This document shows positions 6,616-16,474 of a stretch of 64,000 nt of DNA, one piece after another. Origin of the DNA: Desulfitobacteriia bacterium (GTDB lineage: Bacteria > Bacillota > Desulfitobacteriia > Desulfitobacteriales > Syntrophobotulaceae); contig JBMNOZ010000004.1 of the NCBI GenBank assembly GCA_050943335.1, positions 30,399-94,398 of the forward strand. The letters are read 5' to 3'. Below the pieces are notes generated by a model, which saw only the letters and a program-made list of their open reading frames with translations, did not search any database and was not told the origin of the DNA. The first letter of the stretch is position 1; each line of letters starts with the position of its first letter. The translations under genes and the position numbers were made by a program.

Positions 6616-8664
6616 ATGGTACAACTCCTGTCTTTAAGAAAGAGAATTTTTTTACTTTTCTTATTATGCTCTATTTTTATGATAATTCTTATTATTCGGT
6701 TAGGATTTGTGCAATTAAGGGATGGGCCTTTTTTAAAGAATCTAGCCGATGAAGAACATTTTCGGGGGGTACCCGTGGCTCCCAAAAGAGGGAATATTGA
6801 GGATTGTAACGGTGAAATCCTGGCCATGAGTGTCAGTTCAGAGACTGTTTATGCTGTTCCTGCCGAGGTAAAAAAGTCCGGACGGCAAGAAGAGATTGCC
6901 TCTGAATTGGCCCCTCTTCTAGAGATGGAAAAGGAAGAAGTTTTAGCTAAAATTACAAAGCGTTCTTCCTTAGAATATGTAAAAAAGAAAATACCCGCGG
7001 AAACAGCGGCGATTATAAAAAAGCTTAATCTCCCGGGAATCGGTATTGTGGAGGACAGTGTGAGATTTTACCCTCATGGGACTTTGGCAGCTCATATTCT
7101 CGGTTTTACGGGCATCGATAATCAAGGGCTAGAGGGAATTGAGTATTCCAGAGACGAGGAATTGACAGGAAACCCGGGGAGCATTCTCACTGAATACGGA
7201 GCTGACGGCATTAAGATACCCGGCGGTAGACAGGAGTTTATTCCACCCGTTCAGGGAAATACAGTTAGATTAACTATCGATAAAAATATCCAGGCTTTTG
7301 CGGAGCGAGAACTAAAAAGACTGATGAGCGGGCAGGGTCGAAATATGGAAGGCCGATCCCCAAAGAGCGCTTCTATTTTAGTTATGGAACCTTCGACGGG
7401 GAAGATGTTAGCCATTGCTTCCGCTCCAACTTTTGACCCCAATAATTATCAGGCCTATCCGGTTGCTGTGCGCCGTAATATCGCTATTCAAAACGGTTAT
7501 GAACCAGGCTCGACTTTTAAAATTATAACTTTAGCGGCTGCTTTGGAAGAGAAGGTTATTAAACCCGAGGAATCATTCACTGATCCAGGGGCGGCTGTAA
7601 TACTCGGTAAAAGAATACGCTGCTGGAAGGCAGGCGGCCATGGGACCCAAACCATGGTTCAAGTGGTAGAGAACTCCTGTAACCCCGGTTTTGTAGAAAT
7701 GGGTCAGCGCCTAGGACTGGATAGGTTTTATAAATATCTCCTGGCCTTTGGCTTTGGACGTAAAACTGGTATTGAAATGTCAGGAGAGGCGAAAGGGATT
7801 TTAACGGATAAAAAAAGAGCCACGATGTTAGACTTAGCCACGATGTCCATCGGGCAAGCTAATAATGTCACTCCTATTCAGCTCCTCACAGCAGTTTCTG
7901 CCGTTGCTAACGGAGGGGTTTTACTTAAACCCCAATTAGTGCTAGAAATTGTTTCTCCGACCGGGGAGGTAATTGTGCCTTTCAAAAAAGAAGTGGTAGG
8001 CAGAGTTATTTCTAAGGAGACGGCAAGGCTGGAAAGGGAAATCTTGGAGTCAGTAGTTACCAATGGGACGGGGCGCAGGGCCTTTCTCCCTGGGTATCGG
8101 GTAGCAGGGAAGACTGGAACGGCACAGAAGGCTGCAGGTGGCGCTTATATTCAGGGGGAGTATGTAGCTTCTTTTGTCAGTTTTGCCCCGGCGGATAACC
8201 CCCGCTTGGCGATTTTGGTTGTGATCGACGGAGTCCCCTTTTACGGCGGGGTGGTCGCGGGACCAGTTGTGCAGGCTGTAATGTTAGATTCTCTAAAATA
8301 TTTAGGGGTCAAACCTGATCCTAAGGCGCCGCTTAGTTTAGGTTCTCCAATGTATGGGGTTGAAATTCCGCCGGTGAAAGAAGCTGCTGTGGTTCCGTCA
8401 GTGATCGGCAGACCTTTAAACGAAGCGCAGGAAGTTTTAAAAGAAGCGGGTTTTAAAGTCCTGGTCGAAGGACAGGGCTCAAGTGTCAAGGATCAGATTC
8501 CTCACGGCGAGGCGCAGGTAGAGAAGGGTTCAACTGTAATAATTTATCTGGGACCAAAAGCCGGAGAACCGGATCTTGCCCCCTGGCTAAATACTTATGA
8601 TCCAGACGTGGAGGCTATAAAGGATTTGGGCAAAAGAATTCCGCCTGGCGTAAAAAGCCCCTAA
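6616..8664 (+). CDS. Class B penicillin-binding protein (FtsI/PBP2B/SpoVD family) with C-terminal PASTA domain
   Basis: Motifs STFK, SCN and KTGT. PASTA-like VPSVIGRPLNEAQEVLKEAGFKVLVEG. ATG 6616 follows GGGGGT (ORF track starts at 6574). Confidence 0.92.
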   Translation: MVQLLSLRKRIFLLFLLCSIFMIILIIRLGFVQLRDGPFLKNLADEEHFRGVPVAPKRGNIEDCNGEILAMSVSSETVYAVPAEVKKSGRQEEIASELAPLLEMEKEEVLAKITKRSSLEYVKKKIPAETAAIIKKLNLPGIGIVEDSVRFYPHGTLAAHILGFTGIDNQGLEGIEYSRDEELTGNPGSILTEYGADGIKIPGGRQEFIPPVQGNTVRLTIDKNIQAFAERELKRLMSGQGRNMEGRSPKSASILVMEPSTGKMLAIASAPTFDPNNYQAYPVAVRRNIAIQNGYEPGSTFKIITLAAALEEKVIKPEESFTDPGAAVILGKRIRCWKAGGHGTQTMVQVVENSCNPGFVEMGQRLGLDRFYKYLLAFGFGRKTGIEMSGEAKGILTDKKRATMLDLATMSIGQANNVTPIQLLTAVSAVANGGVLLKPQLVLEIVSPTGEVIVPFKKEVVGRVISKETARLEREILESVVTNGTGRRAFLPGYRVAGKTGTAQKAAGGAYIQGEYVASFVSFAPADNPRLAILVVIDGVPFYGGVVAGPVVQAVMLDSLKYLGVKPDPKAPLSLGSPMYGVEIPPVKEAAVVPSVIGRPLNEAQEVLKEAGFKVLVEGQGSSVKDQIPHGEAQVEKGSTVIIYLGPKAGEPDLAPWLNTYDPDVEAIKDLGKRIPPGVKSP

Positions 8665-8675
8665 AAATAGCAGTT

Positions 8676-8707
8676 AGCAGACCGAAAAAAAGTTTTTTAG
8701 GTCTGCT
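8676..8707 (+). terminator. Hairpin/terminator inside the dcw cluster, after the PBP gene
   Basis: AGCAGACC...GGTCTGCT 8-bp stem, with A6/T6 able to pair in the loop. The weak T-tail is cctcctttatt. Confidence 0.45.
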
Positions 8708-8752
8708 CCTCCTTTATTATGTTAATAATAGTATAATAGCAAGGTAAAAGGG

Positions 8753-10255
8753 GTGAGGAAGATTACTAATAACATTAAAAGTCTTAAAGATATAATCGGT
8801 GATTTAAAAGAAGTGGAGATACTTGGGGATCCCTATACTAAGGTCTCTGGAATAACGCAAGATTCGAGAAAAATTACTCAAGGGGATCTTTATATATGTA
8901 TTCCCGGCTTAAAAGTTGACGGCCACAAGTTCGCAGAAGATGCGGTAAGAGCCGGAGCCGCCGCTTTGGTTGTAGAACGCTATCTCGACATCGATGTCCC
9001 GCAGATTAAAGTAAAAAAAGCGCGAGATGTCGGAGGTTATTTAGCCGCTGCTTTTTACAATTGTCCCTCCCGACAATTGGAATTAGTCGGGGTAACAGGT
9101 ACGAACGGGAAAACAACAGTCAGTCATTTAATAGAAAGGATTGCCCGTCGAAGCGGGAAAAAAACAGGTTTGATCGGAACTTTGGGAGCAAAGATCGGAG
9201 AAAAAATTATTCACGGTCAATTGACCACTCCGGAGGCCCCTGAAATCCAGAGATTGTTGGCAGATATGGTAGCGAACCGGGTGGAGACAGCGGCCATGGA
9301 AGTTTCCTCTCATGCCTTATCTTTAAGCCGGGTTAAGGGCTGTGTTTATTCGGCGGCGGTTTTCACCAATCTTTCTCAGGACCATCTTGATTATCATTCC
9401 AATATGAGGGAATATCTGGAAACTAAAGCTCGGCTTTTTTCCAGCCTTAAGGAAAACCCCGAAAAACAGTATGCTATAATCAATTCAGATGATCCCTCAT
9501 ATGAATATCTAAAGCAAAAAACAGCTTGTAGGATTATGACTTATGGGTTAGAGGGTAATCCGGATTTTAAAGCCGAGAACATCAGACTTTCCTCCCAGGG
9601 AGTAGAGTTCGAGGTTCGCTATAATTCTTTGGTTGCAGAAGTCCGTTATAAAACACCTGGAAAATTCAGTGTTTACAACGCTTTGGCGGCGATGGCCTGG
9701 GGTTTAACCGGCGGCTATTCTTTGGACACTGTACTTTCGGCTCTAAATGAAATTGAAGGGGTTCCGGGAAGATTTGAAAGCCTTCGCTTTGGTCAACCCT
9801 TTACGGTAATTGTAGATTATGCCCATACCCCGGCCGGCCTAGAAAATGTACTCCAGACAGCGAAAGAAGTTACAGATGGAAAATTGATTACGGTTTTCGG
9901 CTGTGGGGGAGATAGAGATCGATCCAAAAGGCCAATAATGGGCCAGGTAGCGGGCGAGTTAAGCGATTTTACCATTGTTACTTCCGATAATCCTCGAACT
10001 GAGAATCCCCGGGAAATTATCGAGGATATTTTGCCCGGGCTAAAAAAGACTGGAGTTTCTCCTGCGGACTATAAAATAATTGAAGACCGCCGGGAGGCTA
10101 TCGGTTACGCTTGCTCTTTAGCCACCCGCGGGGATACGGTCGTAATAGCCGGCAAGGGACATGAGGATTATCAAATCATTGGTACTGAAAAAATACATTT
10201 TAGCGATCAGGAAGAAGTTATAAAAGCATTAAGGGGATTAGGCTATGTGGGATAG
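8753..10255 (+). CDS. murE: UDP-MurNAc-L-Ala-D-Glu:meso-DAP ligase MurE
   Basis: GVTGTNGKTT P-loop. The DNPR motif (SDNPRTENP) is typical of meso-DAP-adding MurE. Confidence 0.95.
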   Translation: MRKITNNIKSLKDIIGDLKEVEILGDPYTKVSGITQDSRKITQGDLYICIPGLKVDGHKFAEDAVRAGAAALVVERYLDIDVPQIKVKKARDVGGYLAAAFYNCPSRQLELVGVTGTNGKTTVSHLIERIARRSGKKTGLIGTLGAKIGEKIIHGQLTTPEAPEIQRLLADMVANRVETAAMEVSSHALSLSRVKGCVYSAAVFTNLSQDHLDYHSNMREYLETKARLFSSLKENPEKQYAIINSDDPSYEYLKQKTACRIMTYGLEGNPDFKAENIRLSSQGVEFEVRYNSLVAEVRYKTPGKFSVYNALAAMAWGLTGGYSLDTVLSALNEIEGVPGRFESLRFGQPFTVIVDYAHTPAGLENVLQTAKEVTDGKLITVFGCGGDRDRSKRPIMGQVAGELSDFTIVTSDNPRTENPREIIEDILPGLKKTGVSPADYKIIEDRREAIGYACSLATRGDTVVIAGKGHEDYQIIGTEKIHFSDQEEVIKALRGLGYVG

Positions 10256-11669
10256 TGGGAAAATAGCAGCCTTAATTGGAGGAGAGCTTTGGGGCAACCC
10301 GCAGACAAGTTTTCAAGGTTTTGTTATCGACAGTAGAAAAGTAAGCGCTGGGCAAGCATTTGTAGCCTTTAAAGGGGAAAAAACCGACGGTCACGCTTAT
10401 ATTCAAGAGGCGTTCAAGGCCGGGGCCTCCTTGGTAATCGCTGAGTCCCGGGCTCTTAAAGAGCGAGGTCTGAGTTCCCTGGATGTACCGGCAGGAAAGG
10501 CTTTGATTGGGGTAAATAACAGCTTAAGAGCACTGCAAGAATTGGCGGCTGCCTGGAGAACAGAATTGAATCCTTTAGTAGTTGGAATTACGGGCAGCAA
10601 TGGCAAGACAACAACAAAAGACATGGTGGCTGCGGTTTTAGGGGCTAAATACCAGGTCCATAAAAACGTAGAAAACCAAAATAATGAAATCGGACTTCCC
10701 TTAACTATTTTAAATGCCGGGTTGGGGACGGAAGTTTTAGTCCTAGAAATGGGGATGCGAGGGTTAGGGCAAATTAAGGACCTATGTAATATTTGTCGCC
10801 CTTCTGTAGGGGTAATAACCAATATTGGGACCACTCATTTAGAATTATTAGGTTCCTTAGAGAATATCGCTCAAGCAAAATGGGAATTGATTGAGAGTCT
10901 TCCCCAAGCAGGAAAGGCCATTTTAAATGCGGAGGATTATTTTAGTGTTGTAAAAGGATCCTCTTATACAGGGGAGAAAATATATTACGGTATTGAAGGG
11001 AAATATACAACTCCCACTGTTCAGGGAGGAAATATTCGCCCCTGCGGTTCCTTAGGTACGGCTTTTGAAGTATTACAAGGGGACTTTCCGGTTACAGTCA
11101 GACTTCCCTTACCCGGGGAGCATAATGTTCTTGATGCTCTGGCTGCATTAGCAGTGGGTAAAGAATTGGGAGTTTCTTTTATCGAGGGGGCCAAGGCTCT
11201 GGAAGAACTGGAGCTTTCTAGAATGCGCCTAGAAGTGATGGAGGGTATTAGAAATAGCGTTATTTTTAACGATGTCTATAATGCGAACCCAATTTCTATG
11301 AAAGCCTCCCTCCAAGTCTTAGCGGAACGGGGTGGCGACCAGACAATTGCCATCCTCGGAGATATGTATGAACTAGGCACGGCAACGCTTTCCGGGCATC
11401 GAGGGGTTGGCAGGCAAGTTTCAGAGCTGGGGATAAAGGAACTTATCACTGTAGGGGAATTAGCCCGTGAAATCGCTACGGGAGCTCGAGAAAGCGGGTT
11501 CCCTAAAGAAAACATCCGGGTGTGCAATGATTGCGAAGAGGCAGCTCATGTCGCCCGGGAGGTGCTTAAGGAGCATGAACCTGGATTTTGGGTTTTGGTT
11601 AAGGGCTCCCGGGGGTTGAGGATGGAAAGAATCAGCCAGTGGTTAATGCGGGATGAGAATCCTGTCTAG
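10245..11669 (+). CDS. murF: UDP-MurNAc-tripeptide:D-Ala-D-Ala ligase MurF
   Basis: GITGSNGKTTTKDM. Overlaps murE by 11 nt. Canonical position. Confidence 0.95.
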   Translation: MWDSGKIAALIGGELWGNPQTSFQGFVIDSRKVSAGQAFVAFKGEKTDGHAYIQEAFKAGASLVIAESRALKERGLSSLDVPAGKALIGVNNSLRALQELAAAWRTELNPLVVGITGSNGKTTTKDMVAAVLGAKYQVHKNVENQNNEIGLPLTILNAGLGTEVLVLEMGMRGLGQIKDLCNICRPSVGVITNIGTTHLELLGSLENIAQAKWELIESLPQAGKAILNAEDYFSVVKGSSYTGEKIYYGIEGKYTTPTVQGGNIRPCGSLGTAFEVLQGDFPVTVRLPLPGEHNVLDALAALAVGKELGVSFIEGAKALEELELSRMRLEVMEGIRNSVIFNDVYNANPISMKASLQVLAERGGDQTIAILGDMYELGTATLSGHRGVGRQVSELGIKELITVGELAREIATGARESGFPKENIRVCNDCEEAAHVAREVLKEHEPGFWVLVKGSRGLRMERISQWLMRDENPV

Positions 11670-11699
11670 GATAGATCTACAGAGAGAAAGGGAAAACAA

Positions 11700-12707
11700 G
11701 TGGCAGAAAAAATTTATTTAACAATAGCTATAGCCTTAATTATTAGCCTGGTGGTAGGACCTTTTCTAATTCCGGTTTTAAAAATTCTTAAATTCGGGCA
11801 AAACATTCGCGTCGACGGTCCTCAAAGGCACTTGGCCAAAGCCGGGACACCCACTATCGGGGGGCTTATTTTCCTCTGTGGGATAGTGGCGGCGGTCCTG
11901 ATCATGGCCGAAAAACCTTATTCTCCCGGAATTTTATCCTTGTTAGGTCTCACCCTGGCTTTTGCTTTAGTGGGATTTCTGGATGATATTTTGAAGATTA
12001 TAAAAAAAGAAAACCTGGGGTTAAAAGCTAAACAAAAGTTAGCCGCGGAGTTTTTGGTAGCTTTGGTTTTTGCTTATTTGGCGGCCAAGTTTTTAGGTCG
12101 GGGCACGGAAATTGGAATTCCGTTTTCCACTCTGGAGATAAATTTGGGACTGTTATATTTTCCTCTTTTGGCCTTAGTTGTGGTCTCGGCTACGAATACA
12201 GTTAACCTAACGGATGGTTTAGATGGTTTAGCGGCCGGCTGTACGATGATTACAGCAATAGGTTTTATAATTATTTCAGTAATGGCTTCGAAAACAGGCT
12301 TTTTAGAGGGAGTGGCTGTGAACCCTGCCGATTTGCCGATCTTTGCGGCGGCCTTGGTCGGAGGCTGTTTAGGCTTTTTACGATTTAATTATCACCCGGC
12401 CAGAGTATTTATGGGGGATAGCGGTTCCTTAGCTTTGGGCGGAGCCCTGGCCGGTTTAGCGGTTTTAACCAAGAGCGAACTGGTGTTTATTATTTTGGGC
12501 GGCGTCTATGTTATTGAGGCTTTATCCGTTTTAATTCAAGTAATTTCCTTTCAAATGAGAGGGAAACGGATTTTTCGGATGAGTCCCCTCCATCACCATT
12601 TTGAACTGGGAGGCTGGAGCGAGAAAAAAGTGGTCTTTGTCTTCTGGTTAGCAGCGGCCTTCTTCGCTTTTCTAGGAGTTTTGGCTTTTTCACTAATGCT
12701 GGGTTGA
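11700..12707 (+). CDS. mraY: Phospho-N-acetylmuramoyl-pentapeptide transferase MraY
   Basis: Polytopic. NLTDGLDGLA, FMGDSGSLALGG and PLHHHFEL motifs. Confidence 0.96.
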   Translation: MAEKIYLTIAIALIISLVVGPFLIPVLKILKFGQNIRVDGPQRHLAKAGTPTIGGLIFLCGIVAAVLIMAEKPYSPGILSLLGLTLAFALVGFLDDILKIIKKENLGLKAKQKLAAEFLVALVFAYLAAKFLGRGTEIGIPFSTLEINLGLLYFPLLALVVVSATNTVNLTDGLDGLAAGCTMITAIGFIIISVMASKTGFLEGVAVNPADLPIFAAALVGGCLGFLRFNYHPARVFMGDSGSLALGGALAGLAVLTKSELVFIILGGVYVIEALSVLIQVISFQMRGKRIFRMSPLHHHFELGGWSEKKVVFVFWLAAAFFAFLGVLAFSLMLG

Positions 12708-12719
12708 GGGGGGATAACG

Positions 12720-14093
12720 GTGGAATACAAGGGTCAAAGAGTTCTGGTAGTTGGGGCTGGCAAAAGCGGCTTGGCCGCAGCAGAGAAACTACTGAAAAAT
12801 GAGGCTCAAGTTTTCATTACAGATCGTTTAGGACGGGACGAATTACCAGGTCTGCAAAAATTAGAATTATTAGGTCTTAAGGCTGAGCAACAAATCCTTA
12901 AAAGGGAACCGGATATCGACAGTCTAAAACCCGACTTTCTAGTCCTTTCCCCGGGAGTACCGCCGACCCTGCCCTTTATCCAAGAGGCTGCAGCCAGGGG
13001 GATCCCTTTACGGAGCGAAATTGAAATCGCTTTAAAAGATTCTCCGGCTACTTTGGTAGGTATTACAGGAAGTAACGGAAAAACAACAACAGCTAGGCTT
13101 TGCGGGGAATTGGCCAAAAAAACCGGGAGAGAAACAGTAGTAGCGGGGAATATCGGCCTGGCTTTAAGTGGACAAGTAGAACATTTGAACGAAAAGGGAA
13201 TAATTGTAGCCGAGTTTTCCAGCTTTCAATTAGAATATATTGAAGACCTCAGGGTTAACATCGCTGTGGTCTTAAACTTCACACCGGATCATTTGGACCG
13301 GCATGGGAGTATGGAAAATTATATTGCCGCCAAAGCCAGGATTTTGGAAAACCAGACGGCGGACGATTTAGCCATTTTAAACTGGGATGACCCGAAAGTG
13401 AGGGCCTTGGCCCCCTTGACAAAGGCGGAGATTATGTTCTTTAGCCTCCAGGAAATTTTGGCTAATGGTATTTATAGGGATAAAGAAAGCATTGTTGCCG
13501 GAATAAAAGGTAAGGCGGAAGAAATTATCGCCCTTAAGGAGCTTCAATTAAAAGGAAATCATAATGTTGAAAATGTAGCGGCCGCAAGCGCTGTAGCTAT
13601 AAATTTGGGTCTCGATAAACATCAAATTGCCTCTGTTCTAAAGAGCTTTCAGCCAGTAGAACATCGTCAAGAAGTGGTAGGAAGATTCAACAATATTCTT
13701 TATATCAATGATTCGAAAGGGACGAATCCCTCCTCGGCAATTAAGGCCCTTCAGTCTTACCAAGAACCAATTGTTTTGATCGCTGGAGGACAAAACAAAG
13801 GTTTAGATATGACAGAGTTTTTGGAAGTGGTTAAACAAAAAGTTAAGAGTTTGGTTTTGATGGGTGAGGCAAGGGCTGAGATGGAGCTTCAGGCCAGAGA
13901 GATAGGGATTGAAAGGATTATTTCTGCGGAAAGCTTTGAGGATTCTGTTCAAAAGGCGATAAATGAGGCTCAAGCAGGGGATATTGTCCTTCTGTCCCCA
14001 GCTTGTACAAGCTGGGATAGGTTTAAAAGTTATGAACAAAGAGGGGAATTGTTTAAAGAATTGGTGCGTAAGCATTATAGCGAACCTAAATGA
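12720..14093 (+). CDS. murD: UDP-MurNAc-L-Ala:D-Glu ligase MurD
   Basis: VVGAGKSG Rossmann motif, GITGSNGKTTT, NDSKGTNP. Confidence 0.95.
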   Translation: MEYKGQRVLVVGAGKSGLAAAEKLLKNEAQVFITDRLGRDELPGLQKLELLGLKAEQQILKREPDIDSLKPDFLVLSPGVPPTLPFIQEAAARGIPLRSEIEIALKDSPATLVGITGSNGKTTTARLCGELAKKTGRETVVAGNIGLALSGQVEHLNEKGIIVAEFSSFQLEYIEDLRVNIAVVLNFTPDHLDRHGSMENYIAAKARILENQTADDLAILNWDDPKVRALAPLTKAEIMFFSLQEILANGIYRDKESIVAGIKGKAEEIIALKELQLKGNHNVENVAAASAVAINLGLDKHQIASVLKSFQPVEHRQEVVGRFNNILYINDSKGTNPSSAIKALQSYQEPIVLIAGGQNKGLDMTEFLEVVKQKVKSLVLMGEARAEMELQAREIGIERIISAESFEDSVQKAINEAQAGDIVLLSPACTSWDRFKSYEQRGELFKELVRKHYSEPK

Positions 14094-15232
14094 TCCTAAA
14101 TGATTCTGTAGGGGGGAGCTTTGTGCTTAGGAAATTCCGAAAAGTTGATCCGGTATTGCTCGGTGTGGTTTTTACCCTGTTGTTTATCGGCCTGATTATG
14201 ACGTACAGTTCCAGCGCGGTAAAGGGTTATCTTTACTATGGGGACCCTTATCACTATTTTAAAGCGGAGTTGCTGTGGATTGCCTTGGGACTTATAGCGA
14301 TGACTTTTGCCTTGTTCATAGATTGGAGGGTTCTTTACAAATGGGCTAAACCGATATTATACATAGCCATGATTACTTTGGTGGCGGTTAAGATTCCGGG
14401 GGTTGGAAGAGAGGTCAATGGCGCTACTCGGTGGATCGGAGTTGGCGTCCTGTCAATCCAACCTTCAGAGATAATAAAGCTTGCTATGGTTTTAATCCTC
14501 GCCAGGTTTCTGGCTGCTGATCTTCGTAAAATGAAATCCTTTCGAAGGGGAATAATACCGTCTTTAGCCTTACTGGCATTAATCAGTGGCTTAATTATGC
14601 TTCAGCCAGATTTAGGCACTGTTCTGGTACTAGCCGCGACAGTCTTTTTCATGTTACTGGCAGCGGGAGCTAGGATCTGGCATTTAACGGCTTTGGGAAC
14701 GGTCGGGGTAGGAATAATTGTGGCTGCTATTGTAGCTGCTCCTTACCGTATGCGTAGGATTTTTGCCTTTCTAGATCCTTGGGCTGACCCTTCCGGGAAG
14801 GGTTATCAAACCATTCAATCATTACTGGCTTTAGGTCCAGGCGGGCTCTTTGGGTTAGGATTGGGGCAAAGTAGACAAAAATTTCTTTACCTCCCGGAAA
14901 ACCATACCGATTTTATTTTTGCCATGATTGGCGAGGAACTTGGGTTTGTAGGTGCGACTTTAGTAATTCTATTATTTGCTTTGTTTATTTGGCGTGGTTA
15001 TCAAACTGCTCTTAATGCTCCTAATAATTTTTTGGGGCTTTTAGCAGTTGGCCTTACTTCTTTGATCGGTATCCAAGCCATGCTTAATATGGGAGTGGTT
15101 TCCGGAGTTTTACCCGTTACTGGAGTTACTCTTCCGTTTTTAAGTTACGGAGGAACTTCGTTAGTTTTTACTTTAGCTGGTGTGGGGTTGCTTCTTAATA
15201 TTTCAGCAGCAGGAGCCAAGGGGGTTTTTTGA
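14090..15232 (+). CDS. ftsW: SEDS-family peptidoglycan polymerase FtsW/SpoVE
   Basis: About 10 TM. Motifs QPSEIIKL, PENHTDFIF and LPFLSYGGTS. ATGA overlap with murD. Confidence 0.92.
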   Translation: MILNDSVGGSFVLRKFRKVDPVLLGVVFTLLFIGLIMTYSSSAVKGYLYYGDPYHYFKAELLWIALGLIAMTFALFIDWRVLYKWAKPILYIAMITLVAVKIPGVGREVNGATRWIGVGVLSIQPSEIIKLAMVLILARFLAADLRKMKSFRRGIIPSLALLALISGLIMLQPDLGTVLVLAATVFFMLLAAGARIWHLTALGTVGVGIIVAAIVAAPYRMRRIFAFLDPWADPSGKGYQTIQSLLALGPGGLFGLGLGQSRQKFLYLPENHTDFIFAMIGEELGFVGATLVILLFALFIWRGYQTALNAPNNFLGLLAVGLTSLIGIQAMLNMGVVSGVLPVTGVTLPFLSYGGTSLVFTLAGVGLLLNISAAGAKGVF

Positions 15233-15233
15233 C

Positions 15234-16346
15234 TTGCGGATTATCGTTACCGGTGGGGGAACCGGGGGGCATATCTATCCTGCCTTAGCTATTGCCCAGG
15301 GTTTATTAGCCAGGTATGGAGATGTAAAAATATTATATGTGGGGACTAAGAAAGGGATGGAAGCGAAGATCGTCCCGGAGCAGGGTTTAGACTTTCGGGG
15401 AATAGCGGGAAAAGGGCTGCCCCGCAGGTTAAGTATTGAACTGTTGAAAACCACAGGTTTAAATATAAAGGCCCTCTGGGAAACGAAGCGGATTTTAAAA
15501 GAGTTCAAGCCGGATTTAGTGATCGGAACCGGCGGTTATGTTACGGGACCGGTAGTTATAACCGCAGCTTTTTTTGGGATTCCGACTTTAATTCATGAAC
15601 AAAATGCTCTCCCCGGGAAAACCAACAAATTATTAGCCCGGGTTGTTAAAAAAGTTTTAGTTGCTTTTCCGGAAAGCACCCGTCATTTTAAGAATCGGCG
15701 AAAAGTAAAAGTAGTGGGACTTCCGGTACGAGAAGAAATCGGAAAGCTGAGGCGGGAAACGGGGGCTGAAAAGTTAGGTCTTGACCCAGAAAAGAAAACT
15801 TTACTGGTCACAGGAGGGAGCAGGGGCGCTTTAAGTATTAATAAAGCCCTGATTTACGTTTTAGAACAGTTAAGAGCCTATCCAAACCTACAATTGATCT
15901 GGGCCACAGGAACAGCTACCCATAAGCAGATCCTGGAAGAGATGTCGGCTAAAGGGATTGACAAGGAACGTTTTAAAAACTGGCAAATTGTCGAGTATTT
16001 AACCGAAATGCCGGCGGCTTTGGCGTGCTCAGATCTTTGTATTTGCAGGGCAGGGGCCACGACTTTGGCTGAGCTGTCGGTGGCTGGGAAAGCGAGTGTT
16101 CTCATCCCCTATCCTTATGCTGCTGAAAATCACCAGGAGTACAACGCTAAGGTCTTTGAGGATAGGGGAGCGGCAAAGGTTATTTTAGACGAGGAATTAG
16201 AGGGTCCAGTTTTATGGGCCGCCATAAGAAGTATTATTACGGATCAAAATGCTTTAGATAAAATGAGTGCCAGGGCGAAGGAAATTTTTGATCCCCAGGC
16301 TTTGGAAAAAATCGTAAGGCTTTGTCGGCAAACGGCTTGGAGATAA
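15234..16346 (+). CDS. murG: UDP-GlcNAc:lipid I GlcNAc transferase MurG
   Basis: Starts LRIIVTGGGTGGHIYPALA at TTG 15234, right after the ftsW stop. The ORF-track extension from 15180 overlaps ftsW. Confidence 0.93.
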   Translation: MRIIVTGGGTGGHIYPALAIAQGLLARYGDVKILYVGTKKGMEAKIVPEQGLDFRGIAGKGLPRRLSIELLKTTGLNIKALWETKRILKEFKPDLVIGTGGYVTGPVVITAAFFGIPTLIHEQNALPGKTNKLLARVVKKVLVAFPESTRHFKNRRKVKVVGLPVREEIGKLRRETGAEKLGLDPEKKTLLVTGGSRGALSINKALIYVLEQLRAYPNLQLIWATGTATHKQILEEMSAKGIDKERFKNWQIVEYLTEMPAALACSDLCICRAGATTLAELSVAGKASVLIPYPYAAENHQEYNAKVFEDRGAAKVILDEELEGPVLWAAIRSIITDQNALDKMSARAKEIFDPQALEKIVRLCRQTAWR

Positions 16347-16474
16347 GCAGGGATGGACAACCTTAAATTGGGATTTTGAAAAACCTTCACCGATTCTTCC
16401 CTTGGAGCATAACATATGCCGTAAGGGAAAGGAGGTTTAAGTGAAGGTTATACATAGGATTGGGAGTGAACTTA

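Noticed and set aside
6525-6827. 100-aa minus-strand ORF across the ftsL/PBP junction
   Set aside because: It is antisense to two conserved dcw genes and shows no start context.
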